From Felis catus (lineage: Eukaryota), in contig NC_058368.1 in the NCBI RefSeq assembly GCF_018350175.1, positions 25,794,001 to 25,858,000 of the forward strand: a stretch of 64,000 nt of DNA. The letters are read 5' to 3'. The notes under the pieces were generated by a model that was not told the DNA's origin, searched no databases, and saw only the letters and a list, made by a program, of their open reading frames with translations. The translations under genes were made by a program, and so were the position numbers. Positions 33,600-45,095 of the stretch are shown here, piece after piece (the stretch's first letter is position 1; the number at the start of each line of letters is the position of its first letter).

Positions 33600-34460
33600 C
33601 TGAATAGCAGGCCATTGTGTGATTACTGCACAAGTGATTTATCTCTTTTCCTATGGATAGAGTCGTAAGTTGCTTCCTTTTTTTTTCTTTCTTGTTTCAA
33701 TATTTCACCAAAAACCCCACAAAGAATATTATATATATATATCTACAACTGCATATAAGTAACGATCCTTAGCGTGTATTTCTTGGGAGTGGAATTGCGG
33801 AGCTGGAAGTTACCCACTTCACATGTTCAACTTTACAAGACAATACCAAATCGTTTTCTAAAGTCGTTGTGTTAGAGTAGGCAGTTAGTCAGGTTCTAAC
33901 AGGATACCTGGAGGCCAGCACGAGGAAGTCATGGCCAGCTATCGGGAAGGTCAGAGGCGGGTCCTGACAGCTCTCCCCAAGAAGCCGGATCTACCCAGGC
34001 AGAACTAAGATAACAGGTGCCACGACAAGCAACCTTGACCAAATTAGGAGGAAAAAGCTTGAAACACTGCTTGCCGCCCAAGTAATACGTATTCCGCCCG
34101 CTAGTTAACAACTGTCAATTAAAGACAGAAACATCCCCACCTTGCGTGCAGCTCGCCCTTGCTCTTCCGCCCGCTTGCGCGCCTGCGCACCTGCGCATGC
34201 TCGCTAGGTCTTCCTCGGTCCTTCCCGCTCCCCGCCTCCCTCTCTAGTTCGCCGGCTCAAGAGTGTGCTTTTTTGCTTTAATGAACTTGCCTGCTTGTGT
34301 CACTCATGCGCTGTGCTGTGTGTTTGTCCTTGAATCGGTTCCCTTGACCAAAAACCGTCCGCGAGTCCTTTGGCTCTGTCTGGCTAGAGGCCCCAGGGCC
34401 CAGGATCTCCCCAGTTCACCTGACAACAATTGTACAAGTTTATATGCGCACCGTCATTAA
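33600..34460 (-). mobile_element. Old L1ME-like fragment split by an LTR
   Basis: ggagtggaattgc...ccaaatcgttttctaaagtcgttg|attgtacaagttta continuity across the LTR. Confidence 0.7.
33870..34428 (+). mobile_element. CpG-rich ERV1 solo LTR, 559 bp
   Basis: TGTT...AACA termini; 4-bp TSD gttg/attg; interrupts an L1; GC boxes and NRF1-like motifs at 34160-34240. Confidence 0.88.
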
Positions 34461-34539
34461 TAGCCAAAAAATAACTAATATTTACAACGCATTATGATAT
34501 GCCAGGTCGTCACTCACTGATAGTTTAATGTTGCCCTGT

Positions 34540-35500
34540 TTTTGCCTTCTTAGGATAAATACTTGGTCATGATGATTCTTATTTGTAATATACTGGTGGG
34601 TTCAGATAGTTAATAGTCTCTTTAGATTTTTGCATTCATACTCAGAAGTGAAAAGGCTCATAATTTCTTTTTCTTGTCCTGACGCTGTTTGGGTTTGAAG
34701 TCAAAGAAACACCAGCTTCAAGAAATGAGGTTATCCCTCTAATTCTGTTTTCTGGCATGATTTGTATAGTTGTTTTCTGTTCCTTGAGAATTGTCAAAAC
34801 TCAATAGTAAAATCATTAGGAGCGGGGCCTTTTTGTCGGGGGCAACGTTGAGGATGTCCTTAATAATCATGTCATTTTCTTTATTAGTAGTCTCTGTGTT
34901 TCTTTTCCTTCTTGTATCCATTTTGGCATTTTATGTTTTGTTGTTGTTGTTTTTTTTTTTTTCCAGAATGTATCTCTTTTATCCAGGTTGCCAATACTCA
35001 TTTTATTTTTTTATTACTTTAAACTCTATTATTGTTTTCTAGTCCGTAATTGTTTCTTGTCTGATGTTTTCTTCATCAGTTTTTCCAGTTATTTATTTAT
35101 TTTTTTAAACGTTTATTTATTTTTGAGACAGAAAGAGACAGAGCATGAATGGGGGAGGGTCAGAGAGAGAGGGAGACACAGAATCTGAAACAGGCTCCAG
35201 GCTCTGAGCTGTCAGCACAGAGCCTGACGCGGGGCTCGAACTCACCAACTGCGAGTTCATGACCTGAGCCGAAGTTGGACGCCCAACCGACTGAGCCACC
35301 CAGGCACCCCTCCAGTTATTTTTTAAAAAACAGCTTTTAGCTTCATTGATATTCTCTACTGTGTGATTCGTTGATCTTCTCTGCTTAATTTCTGCTTTTA
35401 TTTTTATTGCTTTCTTCAGGTTTCCTTGGGTATGACCTGTTGCTTGTTTTCTGATTTCTTCAGCTAATTTGTTTATAGTATTTTGGTTTTTGCTTGTTGG
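34540..35500 (-). mobile_element. Old L1M ORF2 fragment
   Basis: T-rich antisense L1 text (cagcttttagcttcattgatattctct). Confidence 0.65.
35094..35310 (-). mobile_element. CanSINE
   Basis: TSD tccagttatt. Confidence 0.96.
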
Positions 35501-36256
35501 GTTGTTTTCTTATTTTTTGCTTGGAATAATCTTCCCTCAGTTCCACAAAGCCAGTCCTCCTCTTCCAACGGCTCCTGCCCACACCCTCGAAACTTGTAGC
35601 TTCTCCAAACCCTCTCCATTCCTCTCCCTGCTTTATTTTTATTTTCCTCTATAGCATTAATAATAGCTATAGCTATAATAAATATAGCATATTTATTACC
35701 ATCAAACATATTCTTTATTTTTTATTGCCTATTTCCCTGCATTATCATGTGAGTTCTTTTAGTTTTAGTTAATTTATAGAATTGTTCAATCATCATCATA
35801 TCTAGAACATGTTATTCTTTATTATTTGTTATTTTTCTGCCCATTTTTTAAATTGGATTGTTTTTTTTTTTTTTTTTTGTTACTGTTGAGTTGTATCACT
35901 TTCTTACATGAATTAGATCTTTATCTTTCCCCACATAAGACAAGTATAAGTATATCCTCATTGACCTCTGGTTGGTTTCTGGCCAACCCTGCTTCCCTTT
36001 CTCAACATGCTAGGAATCATCTTGGCTTAGCTCTAGATTTTAATCACAGGAAGAAAGAAAAGAGCCCCCCTGCAGTCTGCCCCCAGCACCAGATCACAAT
36101 CCCTTTCTCTCTCTCTGAAAGAGATGAGGAAAAGAGCTCTCTTCCATAGCCTTTGTAATATCCAGATTCATACACTTTTTTTGTAGCATTTTTACCATCA
36201 AACATTCTATATATTTTACTTATTATTTCTCCTTCCCTGTTAGAATGTAAGCCTTT

Positions 36257-36468
36257 GATTTATTTTTTATTTTTTTAAAGTTTATTTATTTATTTTGAGA
36301 AAGAGGGGTCGGGGAAGGGCAGAGAGAAAGGGAGAGGGAATCCCAAGCAGGCTCCTCCGTTGTCAGTGCAGAGCCCCACGTGGGACTTGATCCCTCAAAC
36401 TATGAGATCATTACCTGAGCTGAAATCAAGAGTTGGACTCTTAATCGACTGAACCACCCAGGCACTCC
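36257..36468 (-). mobile_element. CanSINE
   Basis: TSD tagaa(tg/ca)taagccttt. Confidence 0.93.
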
Positions 36469-36893
36469 TAGAACATAAGCCTTTTAAATTTTAGCAAATA
36501 TATGAAATTGTTCAGTCATTGTCATAACCCAGTTGTATTAGGGCAGGGCCAGAGGAGGAGAGGGAGCCAGCAGCCTTTGCTAGTTTGCTACTTTCAAAGT
36601 TCCATCTTTTTGCTTAGGACAGCTTGGGTTGGTTCTCATTATTTGTAGACACAGAGTTCTAAAATAACATGTTTGCAACTGAATATGAGGATTAAGCTGT
36701 GTATTTTAACAGGGTAAACTATGTTTTAAAAAAATCCTCTTTAGGAATATGTAAAACACCATGGGAATGCAATAAGCAAAATCCGTAATGTGGGAAACAC
36801 TTTAGGATAAATTGTCCAATATTTTCAAAAGATAAATTGCATGGAGAAGTAAGCAGAGGGAGAGGGAATTTCTATATTAAAAAGATGCTTAAA

Positions 36894-37015
36894 GGGTGCC
36901 TGGATGGCTCAGTCGGTGGAGCATGCGAGTTTTGGTCTCAGGGTAGTGGGTTTGAGCCTCACACTGGGTGTAGAGGTTACTTAAAAATAAAATCTTAAAA
37001 AATAATAATAATAAA
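36894..37015 (+). mobile_element. Short tRNA-like SINE
   Basis: gggtgcctggatggctcagtcggtggagcatg...gggtgtagaggttacttaaaaataaaatc. Confidence 0.88.
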
Positions 37016-37047
37016 CAAAAATACAGGTATTTTTTATACCATAAAAT

Positions 37048-37267
37048 GGTGGCTCAGTCGGCTAAGCACCCGACTTCAGCTCGAGTCATGATCTAGTGTT
37101 CATGAGTTCAAGCCCTGCATCAGGCTCTCTGCTGCCTGCTTTGGAGCCTCTGTTTCCCTCTCTCTGCCCCTCCCCCACTCGTGAGTGTGTGCTCTCTCTC
37201 ACTCTTTCTCTCTCAAAAATGCATAAGCATTTATAGAATGTTTTTAAAATCTTTATTCACTTTTGAG

Positions 37268-37306
<39 letters not shown>

Positions 37307-37510
37307 AAGCGTGAAGAGGGAGGGGCAGAGAGAGAGGGAGACACAGAATCAGAAGCAGGCTCCAGGCTCTGAGCTGTCAGCACAGAGCCCGACTCGGGGC
37401 TCGAACCCACAGACCGTGAGATCATGACCTGAGCCGAAGTCGGTCGCTCAACCAACTGAGCCACCCAACTGAGCCACCCAGGCACCCCACAAATAAACAT
37501 TAAAAAAAAT
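37048..37510 (+). mobile_element. CanSINE whose tail is interrupted by an antisense SINE
   Basis: Body 37048-37232, tail resumes at 37489. Confidence 0.85.
37240..37488 (-). mobile_element. CanSINE
   Basis: Antisense; short duplication of caactgagccacc in the head. Confidence 0.94.
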
Positions 37511-37661
37511 GAGGTAGTCATATTTTAAAACAAATAAATACAGATTTTTTTAAAGTTTACAATTTTTTATGAATCAAATGAGGAAATTCAAACATTCATC
37601 TGATATTTGGTGAAGTTAAGAACTTACTAATTTTAAAATATAGTAATAACATTTGGTTATG

Positions 37662-37879
37662 TTTATTTTATTATTTTATTTTATTTTATTTTATTTTAGA
37701 GAGAGATAGAGCATGAGCAGGGTAGAGGGTCAGAGGGAGAGAGAGAGAGAAAGAATATTAAGCAGACTCCATGCTCAGTGAGGAGCTCCACGCGAGGCTC
37801 AATCCCACAACCCTGGGATCATGACCTGAGCGGAAATCCAGGGTCAACGCTCAACAGACTGAGCCACCCAGGCGCCCCC
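37662..37879 (-). mobile_element. CanSINE
   Basis: TSD at(t/g)tggttatg. Confidence 0.92.
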
Positions 37880-38790
37880 ATGTGGTTATGCTTTTAAAAA
37901 GAGAATTCTCTTTTAGAAACAGACACCAAAACATTTCAGAAGAAATACGATGTCCCTGATATGCTTCAAATAATCAGGGTAGGGGAGTGGATGAGACCAT
38001 AAATGAAGGAAGAATGGTCATGAATTGATCATTGTTGCATCGGGGTGATGAGAAGGGTCATTATACTATTCCCTATACTTTTGTATATATTTAAAATTTT
38101 CTACAGTAAGAGCTTTTTAAAAGTTCTTCTTTATAATTACTGACCTGGAGATCTAAAAAAATAAGCGAGAAAAGAAAACTACAAAAGCCGTTATGTAAAG
38201 ATTATACTAATTACTGTCACGGTCTAGTAGGGGAGATAAGAAAGTAAAGATGCAATTATGATACAATGCAATTAAGCTCTATCACAGAAGTATCGCAGGG
38301 TAGTATATGTGTAGGCCAGGGTCACTCAACCTAGTCTGGAGTATCGGGGAAAGAGAAAGATGTGGAGAATAGCACTCTGCCCAGAGTGGACATGAATTAT
38401 AGCTCTGCTTGGCTTTGATGATGACCGAGACCCAAGTGTACGTCCACCTGCTGCTATTCCTGGCCTCTGTTCTAATCATTCCCTCTATGTCCTCTGAAGC
38501 ATCTATTTATCTGAAAACACAGTCTCAGTCTGTACGCCCGGCACCTTCTTGCCTTACCAGAAACCTGACTCTTCCTGGAGACGTGGCCTCCCTGTGGACC
38601 TTCCAGGTAGAGGCCATTTGTCTTCTCGCAGCTGGTCCTTGTGGCTGAGGGCAGGCAGGGCATTGACTTTTCCTTCTGGATACCATCCCACCCCATGCCA
38701 CCTCCTGTTCCTCTTTCTCCTCTTATGTCCTCAACCTCTCCTCTCCATTGGTCTTTTATTATCCAACTATGTTCAAGTTTCTGCATCCTA

Positions 38791-38992
38791 GGGGCGCCTG
38801 GCTGGCTCAGTTGGCAGAGCATGTAACTCTTGATCTCTGCGTTGTGTGTTCAAGCCCCACGTTGGGTGTGGAGCCCACTTAAAATGAAAAGAAAGGAAGA
38901 AAGAAAAAAGAAAGGAAGAAAGGAAGGAAGGAAGGAAGGAAGGAAGGAAGGAAGGAAGAAAAAAAGGAAGAAAGAAAGGAAGAAAGAAAGAA
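38791..38992 (+). mobile_element. Short tRNA-like SINE with (GAAA/GGAA)n tail
   Basis: TSD tgtt..agtttctgca.cct. Confidence 0.9.
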
Positions 38993-39039
38993 TGTTAGTT
39001 TCTGCAACCTGGTCATAGAACCAAAAAAAAAGAAAGAAC

Positions 39040-39119
39040 TATGCCCAACGTGAAGCTTGAACTCACAACCCTGAGATCAAGGGTTGCATGGTCTTCCAAC
39101 AAAGGTAGCCAAGTGCCCC
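39040..39119 (-). mobile_element. Short SINE head fragment
   Basis: gcttgaactcacaaccctgagatcaag...gtgcccc. Confidence 0.75.
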
Positions 39120-39126
39120 ATAATGC

Positions 39127-39155
39127 CTTTCTTTCTTTCTTTTCTTTCTTTCTTT

Positions 39156-39202
<47 letters not shown>

Positions 39203-39381
39203 CCTCTTTCTTTCTCCTCTTTCTCTCTCTCTTTCTTGAGTGCAAGCTGGGGAGTGGCAGAGGAACAGGGAGAGAGAGAATCTCAAGCACCAACATGGGG
39301 CTCTATCTCACAACCAGGAGATAATGACCTGAGCTGAAATCAAGAGCTGGAAGCTTAACTGATCGAACCACCCAAGCGCTC
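39127..39381 (-). mobile_element. CanSINE with (CTTT)n tail
   Basis: Antisense head/body. Confidence 0.88.
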
Positions 39382-39389
39382 TCATTTCT

Positions 39390-39750
39390 GATTCGGGTAA
39401 TTTGAATCTCCATTCTTTTCCCTTGGCCACTCTAGCTAAAGATTTGTCAATTATGTTGATGTTTTCAAAGAACCAATTTTTGAGTTCATTGCTTTTCTCT
39501 ATTGTTTTTCTATTGTCTACTTAATTAGTTTCTGTTCTAATTCTGATCATTTCCTTTCTCTGCTTGTTTTGGGTTTAATTTGCCCTTCTTTTCCCAATGT
39601 CATGAGGTGAAAGCCTAGCTTATTAGGTTTCTTCTTTCCAAAAGGTGTTTAAAGCTATTAATTCCCCTTGCAACAAATATGCAAGCTCAAATTTGTTTTC
39701 ATTTTCATTTATCTCTAAGTATTTTCTAACCTCTTTGTGATTTCCTCTTA
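39390..39750 (-). mobile_element. L1M ORF2 fragment
   Basis: ctagctaaagatttgtcaatt...ttttcaaagaaccaa. Confidence 0.8.
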
Positions 39751-40105
39751 CTGAAAGTAATGCTGCAATTTCCAAATGCAAAGGACACATTAGGTGCACT
39801 CAGTGTAGCACTAGACATAGTAATTACTCCCTCTTTAAAATTCTCTCTTCCAAAGTTAAGAAAACAATTTTAACTGCTTTTCCTCTGTTTATTCTTATTC
39901 AGATACTTTCACGGACTCCTCTTCTTCCACTAACCCACTAAACGTTAATGTTCTTTGTTATTCCTCAGCAGGACAAAAATAGACCCAAGAATCAGAATGG
40001 TACTGAAGATGTCCACCTTGCTCCAGTCTATTGTACTTTCTATGGGTTTAGGCAAATGTATAATGACATATATCTATTGTTATAGTATCATATAGTGCAG
40101 AGTAT

Positions 40106-40305
40106 TTATTTGCTTTTTTTTATTTTGAGAGAGAGAGAGAGAGAGAGCACAAGTGGGGCAGAGAGGCAGAGGAGAGCGAGAATCTTAAGAAGGTTCTATG
40201 CTCAGCAAGGAGCCCAACACGGGGCTTGATTTCATGACCCTGGGATCATGACCTGAGCCGAAACCAAGAGTCACATGCTCAACTGACTGAGCACCTGGGT
40301 GTCCC
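40106..40305 (-). mobile_element. CanSINE
   Basis: TSD gcagagtattt. Confidence 0.9.
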
Positions 40306-40427
40306 AGAGAGCAGAGTATTTTTATTGCTCTAAACATCCTCTGTGCTCTGTATATTCATCACTTCCCACACTCTCAACTCTGGCAGCCGCTGATCTTTTT
40401 ATTGTCTCCACAATATTGCCTTTTCCA

Positions 40428-40642
40428 GGGGCGCCTGGGTGGCTCAGTCGGTTGGGCGGCCGACTTCGGCTCAGGTCATGATCTCGCGGTCCATGAGTTT
40501 GAGCCCCGTGTCGGGCTCTGTGCTGACAGCTTGGAGCCTGGAGCCTGTTTCAGATTCTGTGTCTCCCTCTCTCTGACCCTCCCCCATTCATGCTCTGTCT
40601 CTGTCTCAAAAATAAATAAACGTTAAAAAAAAAAATTTAACA
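40428..40642 (+). mobile_element. CanSINE
   Basis: TSD aatattgccttttcca. Confidence 0.96.
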
Positions 40643-41411
40643 AAAATATTGCCTTTTCCAGAATATCATATAGTTGGAATCATACAGTATGTAGCCTCTT
40701 CGGATCGGCTTCGTCCACCCAGTAATATATATTTAAGGTTCCTCCATGTCTTTTCATGGCTTGATAGCTCATTTATTTTTAGCGCTGGCCAGTATTCCAG
40801 TATCTGGATGGACCCCAGTTTATTTGCCCAGTCACCTTACTGAAGGACACCTTGCTTCTCAGTTTCAGCAATACAAATAGAGCTGCTAAAAACATCCATG
40901 TACAGGTTTTTGTGTAGACATTTTCGATTCTTTTGTGTAGATACGAAGAGGTGCAATCACTGGATTGCATGGTAAAAATGTTTCGTTTTGTAAGAAACAA
41001 TCAAACTGTCTTCCAAAGTGGCTGTACCATTTTGCATTTCCGCTAGCAATGAAGGAGAGCTCTTGTTGCTCCAAATCCTTGCCAATGTTCGGTTTTATCC
41101 GTGTTCCGGATTTTGGCCATTCTAATAGGTATGTATATTCCATTTACTTTTCACAATATCCCTAGATGTTACGTAATTTATGGAATATCAAACAACTTGT
41201 AAGAAGTGGAGTCATGATTTAAATCTGGTCACTTAAATTTCCAAACTGAGCTCTTTACTATGCAATATTACAGACTCTTCCAGAATCTTCCACATTATCT
41301 GCACATATAAAAATACCTTGTAACGTGGAGACAGATGTAGCTCCACATGCAATCCGGCAGCATGTCTGACATGAAAGCTCTCTGGTATTATTATTATTCC
41401 CTTTTCATGCA

Positions 41412-41497
41412 TGTAATAGTTTTCTATTGCTATGTAACAAATTACCACAAACCTAGCAACTTAAAACAACCTTCATTTATGAGCTCACAGTTCTATA
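41412..41497 (-). mobile_element. MLT1 terminal fragment
   Basis: tgtaatagttttctattgctatgtaacaaattaccacaaacctagc...ctcacagttct. Confidence 0.8.
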
Positions 41498-41514
41498 CTT
41501 TTTAAAGAAAATAT

Positions 41515-41740
41515 TTATTTTATTTATTTTTATTACTAAAAATTTTTTTAATATTTACTTTTTGAGAGAGAGAGAGAGAGCAAGCTGGGGAGGGGCAGAG
41601 AGAGAGGGAGGGAGAGAGAAATCACAAGCACACTCCATGCTTTCAGTGTAGAGCCCAACGTGGGCTCAAACTCACGAACAGTGAGATCATGACTTGAGCT
41701 GAAGTTGGACGCTTAACTGACTGAGCCACCCAGGTGCCCC
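41515..41740 (-). mobile_element. CanSINE
   Basis: Antisense; TSD ending aatatttatt. Confidence 0.93.
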
Positions 41741-41779
41741 TAAAAAGAATATTTATTAAGGTAAATTACTGTTTGCTAG

Positions 41780-42050
41780 AACTTCCCCTGATATGGTCCA
41801 CAGAACACTCATCTTGAAAGACAGTCTGTGAAATAAGGGTTCTACAATTCGACTTGTTGGAGAAACCTCATATTCATTTCCCCTCTGAAGTACTATATTC
41901 ATAATGTTGTGTAAAAGTTATAGACTCTGTGAAATCCTGCAATATAGAAACCTGCTTAACGTTAACTTGTTATTTATCAAATTTATTTGACCACACAACC
42001 ATTCTGGGAGGAAACATATCTTATCATCTAGGAGAACAATTTCTGGGGAG
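41780..42050. mobile_element. Old hAT-Charlie-like non-autonomous element
   Basis: ggtccacagaacact...aagggttct...caaatttatttgaccac. Confidence 0.5.
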
Positions 42051-42073
42051 TTTACTTTAAAAAACACAGATAT

Positions 42074-42292
42074 GGGGCACGTGGGTGGCTCAGTTGGTTA
42101 AGCATCTGGCTTTGGCTCAGGTCATGATCTCACAGTTTGTGGGTTCGAGCCCCGTGTTGGGCTCTGTGCTGATAGCTCAGATCCTGGAGACTGCTTCGGA
42201 TTCTGTGTCTCCCTCTCTCTCTGCCTCTTCCCCGCTCATGCTCTGTGTCTCCCTCTCAAAAATAAATAAACATTAAAAAAAATTTTTTTTTA
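42074..42292 (+). mobile_element. CanSINE
   Basis: Head/(CT)n/tail. Confidence 0.95.
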
Positions 42293-42309
42293 ATGCAGAT
42301 ATATATATA

Positions 42310-42680
42310 GACAACTTACTCATTTTTCCAGCAAACACAGGGTGGCCACTTAGCAGCAGGTGCTGTGCTGGGGCACTCATAGGAAGAGTCAGAACCACGG
42401 TATCTTCACAACTTCATACTAGCTGTGGAGCCAGAGAATAAACAAATCGTCATCAAACATTATTAAAAACTGAGATAAGTACTATCAAGAAGTGTAGGGA
42501 ACATGTGAGAATATCATTTAGACTGGGAAAGGGTCTTTAGATCGGGAAAGGGCAGGCTTCTTTGACAAAGTGACATTTCAGCTGAAGTCTGAAAGATGAG
42601 GGGAAGCCAATCAGGTATTGAGTAGGGAGAAGCATTCTAGACCAGGAGGATGGCGTGTGTAAATGCCTCCCAGGGTCCAG
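42310..42680 (-). mobile_element. L2 fragment
   Basis: aggcttctttgacaaagtgacatttcagctgaagtctgaaagatgag...agcattctag. Confidence 0.75.
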
Positions 42681-42732
42681 ATAATACTGGGTGGGTGGAT
42701 ATTGACAATATTGAGTAATTTGGGGAGAAGGA

Positions 42733-43165
42733 GGGGTGCTTGGGTGGCTCAGTGGGTTAAGCATCTGACTTTGGCTCAGGTCATGATCTCACGGTTCATG
42801 AGTTCAGGCTCCGCATTGGGCTCTCTGCTGTCAGCACAGAGCCCACTTCAATTTTTTTTAAATTTTTTTTTTTTAACATTTATTTATTTTTGAGACAGAG
42901 AGAGACAGAGCATGAATGGGGGAGGGTCAGAGAGAGGGAGACACAGAATCTGAAACAGGCTCCAGGCTCTGAGCTGTTGGCACAGATCCCGACGCGGGGC
43001 TCGAACTCACGGACCGCGAGATCATGACCTGAGCCGCTTAACCGGCTGAGCCACCCAGGCACCCCATCACAGAGCCCACTTCAGATCCTCCTTCCCCCTC
43101 TCTCTGACCTGCTGGTGAGCGTGCGCTCCCTCTCTCTCTCAAAAGAAATAAACATTTAAAAACAA
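42733..43165 (+). mobile_element. CanSINE split by an antisense CanSINE
   Basis: 5' half 42733-42850, 3' half 43066-43165. Confidence 0.92.
42851..43065 (-). mobile_element. CanSINE nested in a SINE
   Basis: TSD cacagagcccacttca. Confidence 0.95.
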
Positions 43166-43219
43166 TTTTGGGAGAAAGATCACGAATCTTCCGTTTGGGA
43201 CATGATTACCTTGAGATGT

Positions 43220-44203
43220 TGTGACATAAAAAGAAATACACATTTGGTCTCTCCTCCCAGTTCCTGGCACAGAGCTTCTAAAACTCTTGTAGCTTCCTGA
43301 GTCATATAGGGTGAGAGGAGGTTATTCACAATAACACGTAGAGGACGGGGGCTGATTGCCAGAGGGTTGGAACTTTCAAAGCTCCCCGTACACCCCCGAA
43401 AAAAAAAATGAACTAATCAATCACGCCAATGCAATGAGGCCTCCACAAAAAACCCTGAACAACAGGATTCGGAGAGCTTCTGGGCTGGTGAGTAAGTACA
43501 TGGAGATACTGAGAGGCTGGCACGCCCAGAGAGGGCCCCGAACCTCTGCCCCCATACATTCCTCCCCCACACCATGTCCTATGCATCTTGTCCCTTTGGC
43601 TGCTCCTGGGTTGTATCCCTCCATACCAAGCCAGTAACAGCGAACAGTGAAATGTCTCTCTGAGTTCCGCAAAACATTCTGGCCGGTCATCAAACCTGAG
43701 AAGAGGGTCAGGAGAATCCCTCAGTCAGAAGTACAGGTAGCAGCCTAGAACTTTTGTTTGGTGTCTGAGGAGGGAGAGTCTTGTGGGGCAGCCCTTAACC
43801 TGTGGCATCGGAGGCTCACTCTGGATAGAGAGTGTCAGATCTGAATTGAGTTGTAGGACACTTAGCTGGTGTCCATAGAGAATTAGGAAAGTTCTGGGTG
43901 TGGAGAAAACCCCACGCATTTGGTGTCAGAGTCCTGAGTGTAGAAATGTTGTTTCCTTTTAATTAAAAAAAAAATTTTTTTTTTAACATTTATTTCTTTT
44001 TGAAAGAGAGAGAGAGACCGAGGGCGAGCAGGGAAGGGGCAGAGAAAGACAGTGATGCAGAATCCAAAGTGGGCTCCAGGCTCTGAGCTGTCAGCACAGA
44101 GCCTGACACGGGGTTGGAACTCACCGACCACGAGATAATGACCTGAGCCGAAGTTGGACGCTCAACTGACTGAGCCCCCCACGTGCCCCCTTTTTTCCTC
44201 TTT
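43220..44203 (+). mobile_element. MER21-like LTR
   Basis: tgtgacata...ttcctggcacagagcttctaaaactctt...ggagagcttctgggctggtga...tgaattgagttgtaggacac...catttggtgtcaga. Confidence 0.88.
43961..44190 (-). mobile_element. CanSINE
   Basis: Antisense, near the LTR 3' end. Confidence 0.93.
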
Positions 44204-44584
44204 AGATGCCCGTGAGATATTTAAGGGAGATGTAATAGATAATTGGTTATGAGTTTGGAGCTGGAAAATAGATTTAGACTAAATAAATTATAATTTGCTT
44301 ATATTTCAGTAGAAATTGACTAAAATTAAAGTAACTGGAAAAAAGAATCATTGGTGGGTATATGAGAAATTCGTCACCAAATTTTGTGCCTATTCTAACT
44401 AGGGGAAAGATATCTGAGTGGGCCTTTAATTTAGTCTTATGAAAAGTCTAAAAAAGAACAAAGTTTAGTCTGGCAATGATCAACGCTCTTAAAGCCCCCA
44501 GGAGTCCCAGCTGGCCACCATAGTAGCTGTTCCCAAATCCAAAGAGGAAAAGTGTTTGTGTCTGCTTAAAAATGGAGTAATTAA

Positions 44585-44800
44585 GGGGCGCCTGGGTGGC
44601 GCAGTCGGTTAAGCGTCCGACTTCAGCCAGGTCACGATCTCGCGGTCCGTGAGTTCGAGCCCCGCGTCGGGCTCTGGGCTGATGGCTTGGAGCCTGGAGC
44701 CTGCTTCCGATTCTGTGTCTCCCTCTCTCTCTGCCCCTCCCCTGCTCATGCTCTGTCTCTCTCTGTCTCAAAAACAAATAAAAATATTAAAAAAAAATTT
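44585..44800 (+). mobile_element. CanSINE, young-type head
   Basis: ggcgcagtcgg...cagccaggtcacg. Confidence 0.96.
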
Positions 44801-44867
44801 AAAGCTCCTAGAAAATGGCTACGTCCACATGGAGTTTCAGATGCCTCAGCAATACTAATAAGAATTA

Positions 44868-45095
44868 GGGGGCGCTTTGGTGGCTCCGATGGTTAAGTGT
44901 ACGACTTCAGTTCAGGTCATGATCTTGCAGTTCGTGGGTTCGAGCCCTGCATCAGGCTCTGTGCTGCCAGCTCAGAGCCTGGAGCCTGCTTTGGATTCTG
45001 TGTCTCCCTCTCTCTCTCTCTGCCCCTCCCCTGCACATTCTCTCTCACTCTCTCTCTCTCTCTCTCTCTCAAAAATAAACATTAAAAATAAAAAA
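44868..45095 (+). mobile_element. CanSINE
   Basis: Head/(CT)n/tail. Confidence 0.93.

Larger units (their letters stand above)
36740..38110 (+). mobile_element. L1MC-like 3' end with four SINE insertions
   Basis: gcaaaatccgtaatgtgggaaac...tgcttcaaataat...ttatactattccctatacttttgtatat. Confidence 0.75.
40030..41132 (-). mobile_element. L1MC1/L1MB-like 3' end with two SINEs
   Basis: ccagaatatcatatagttggaatcatacagtatgtagcc...ttccaaagtggctgtaccattttgcatt...ggccattctaatagg. Confidence 0.9.
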
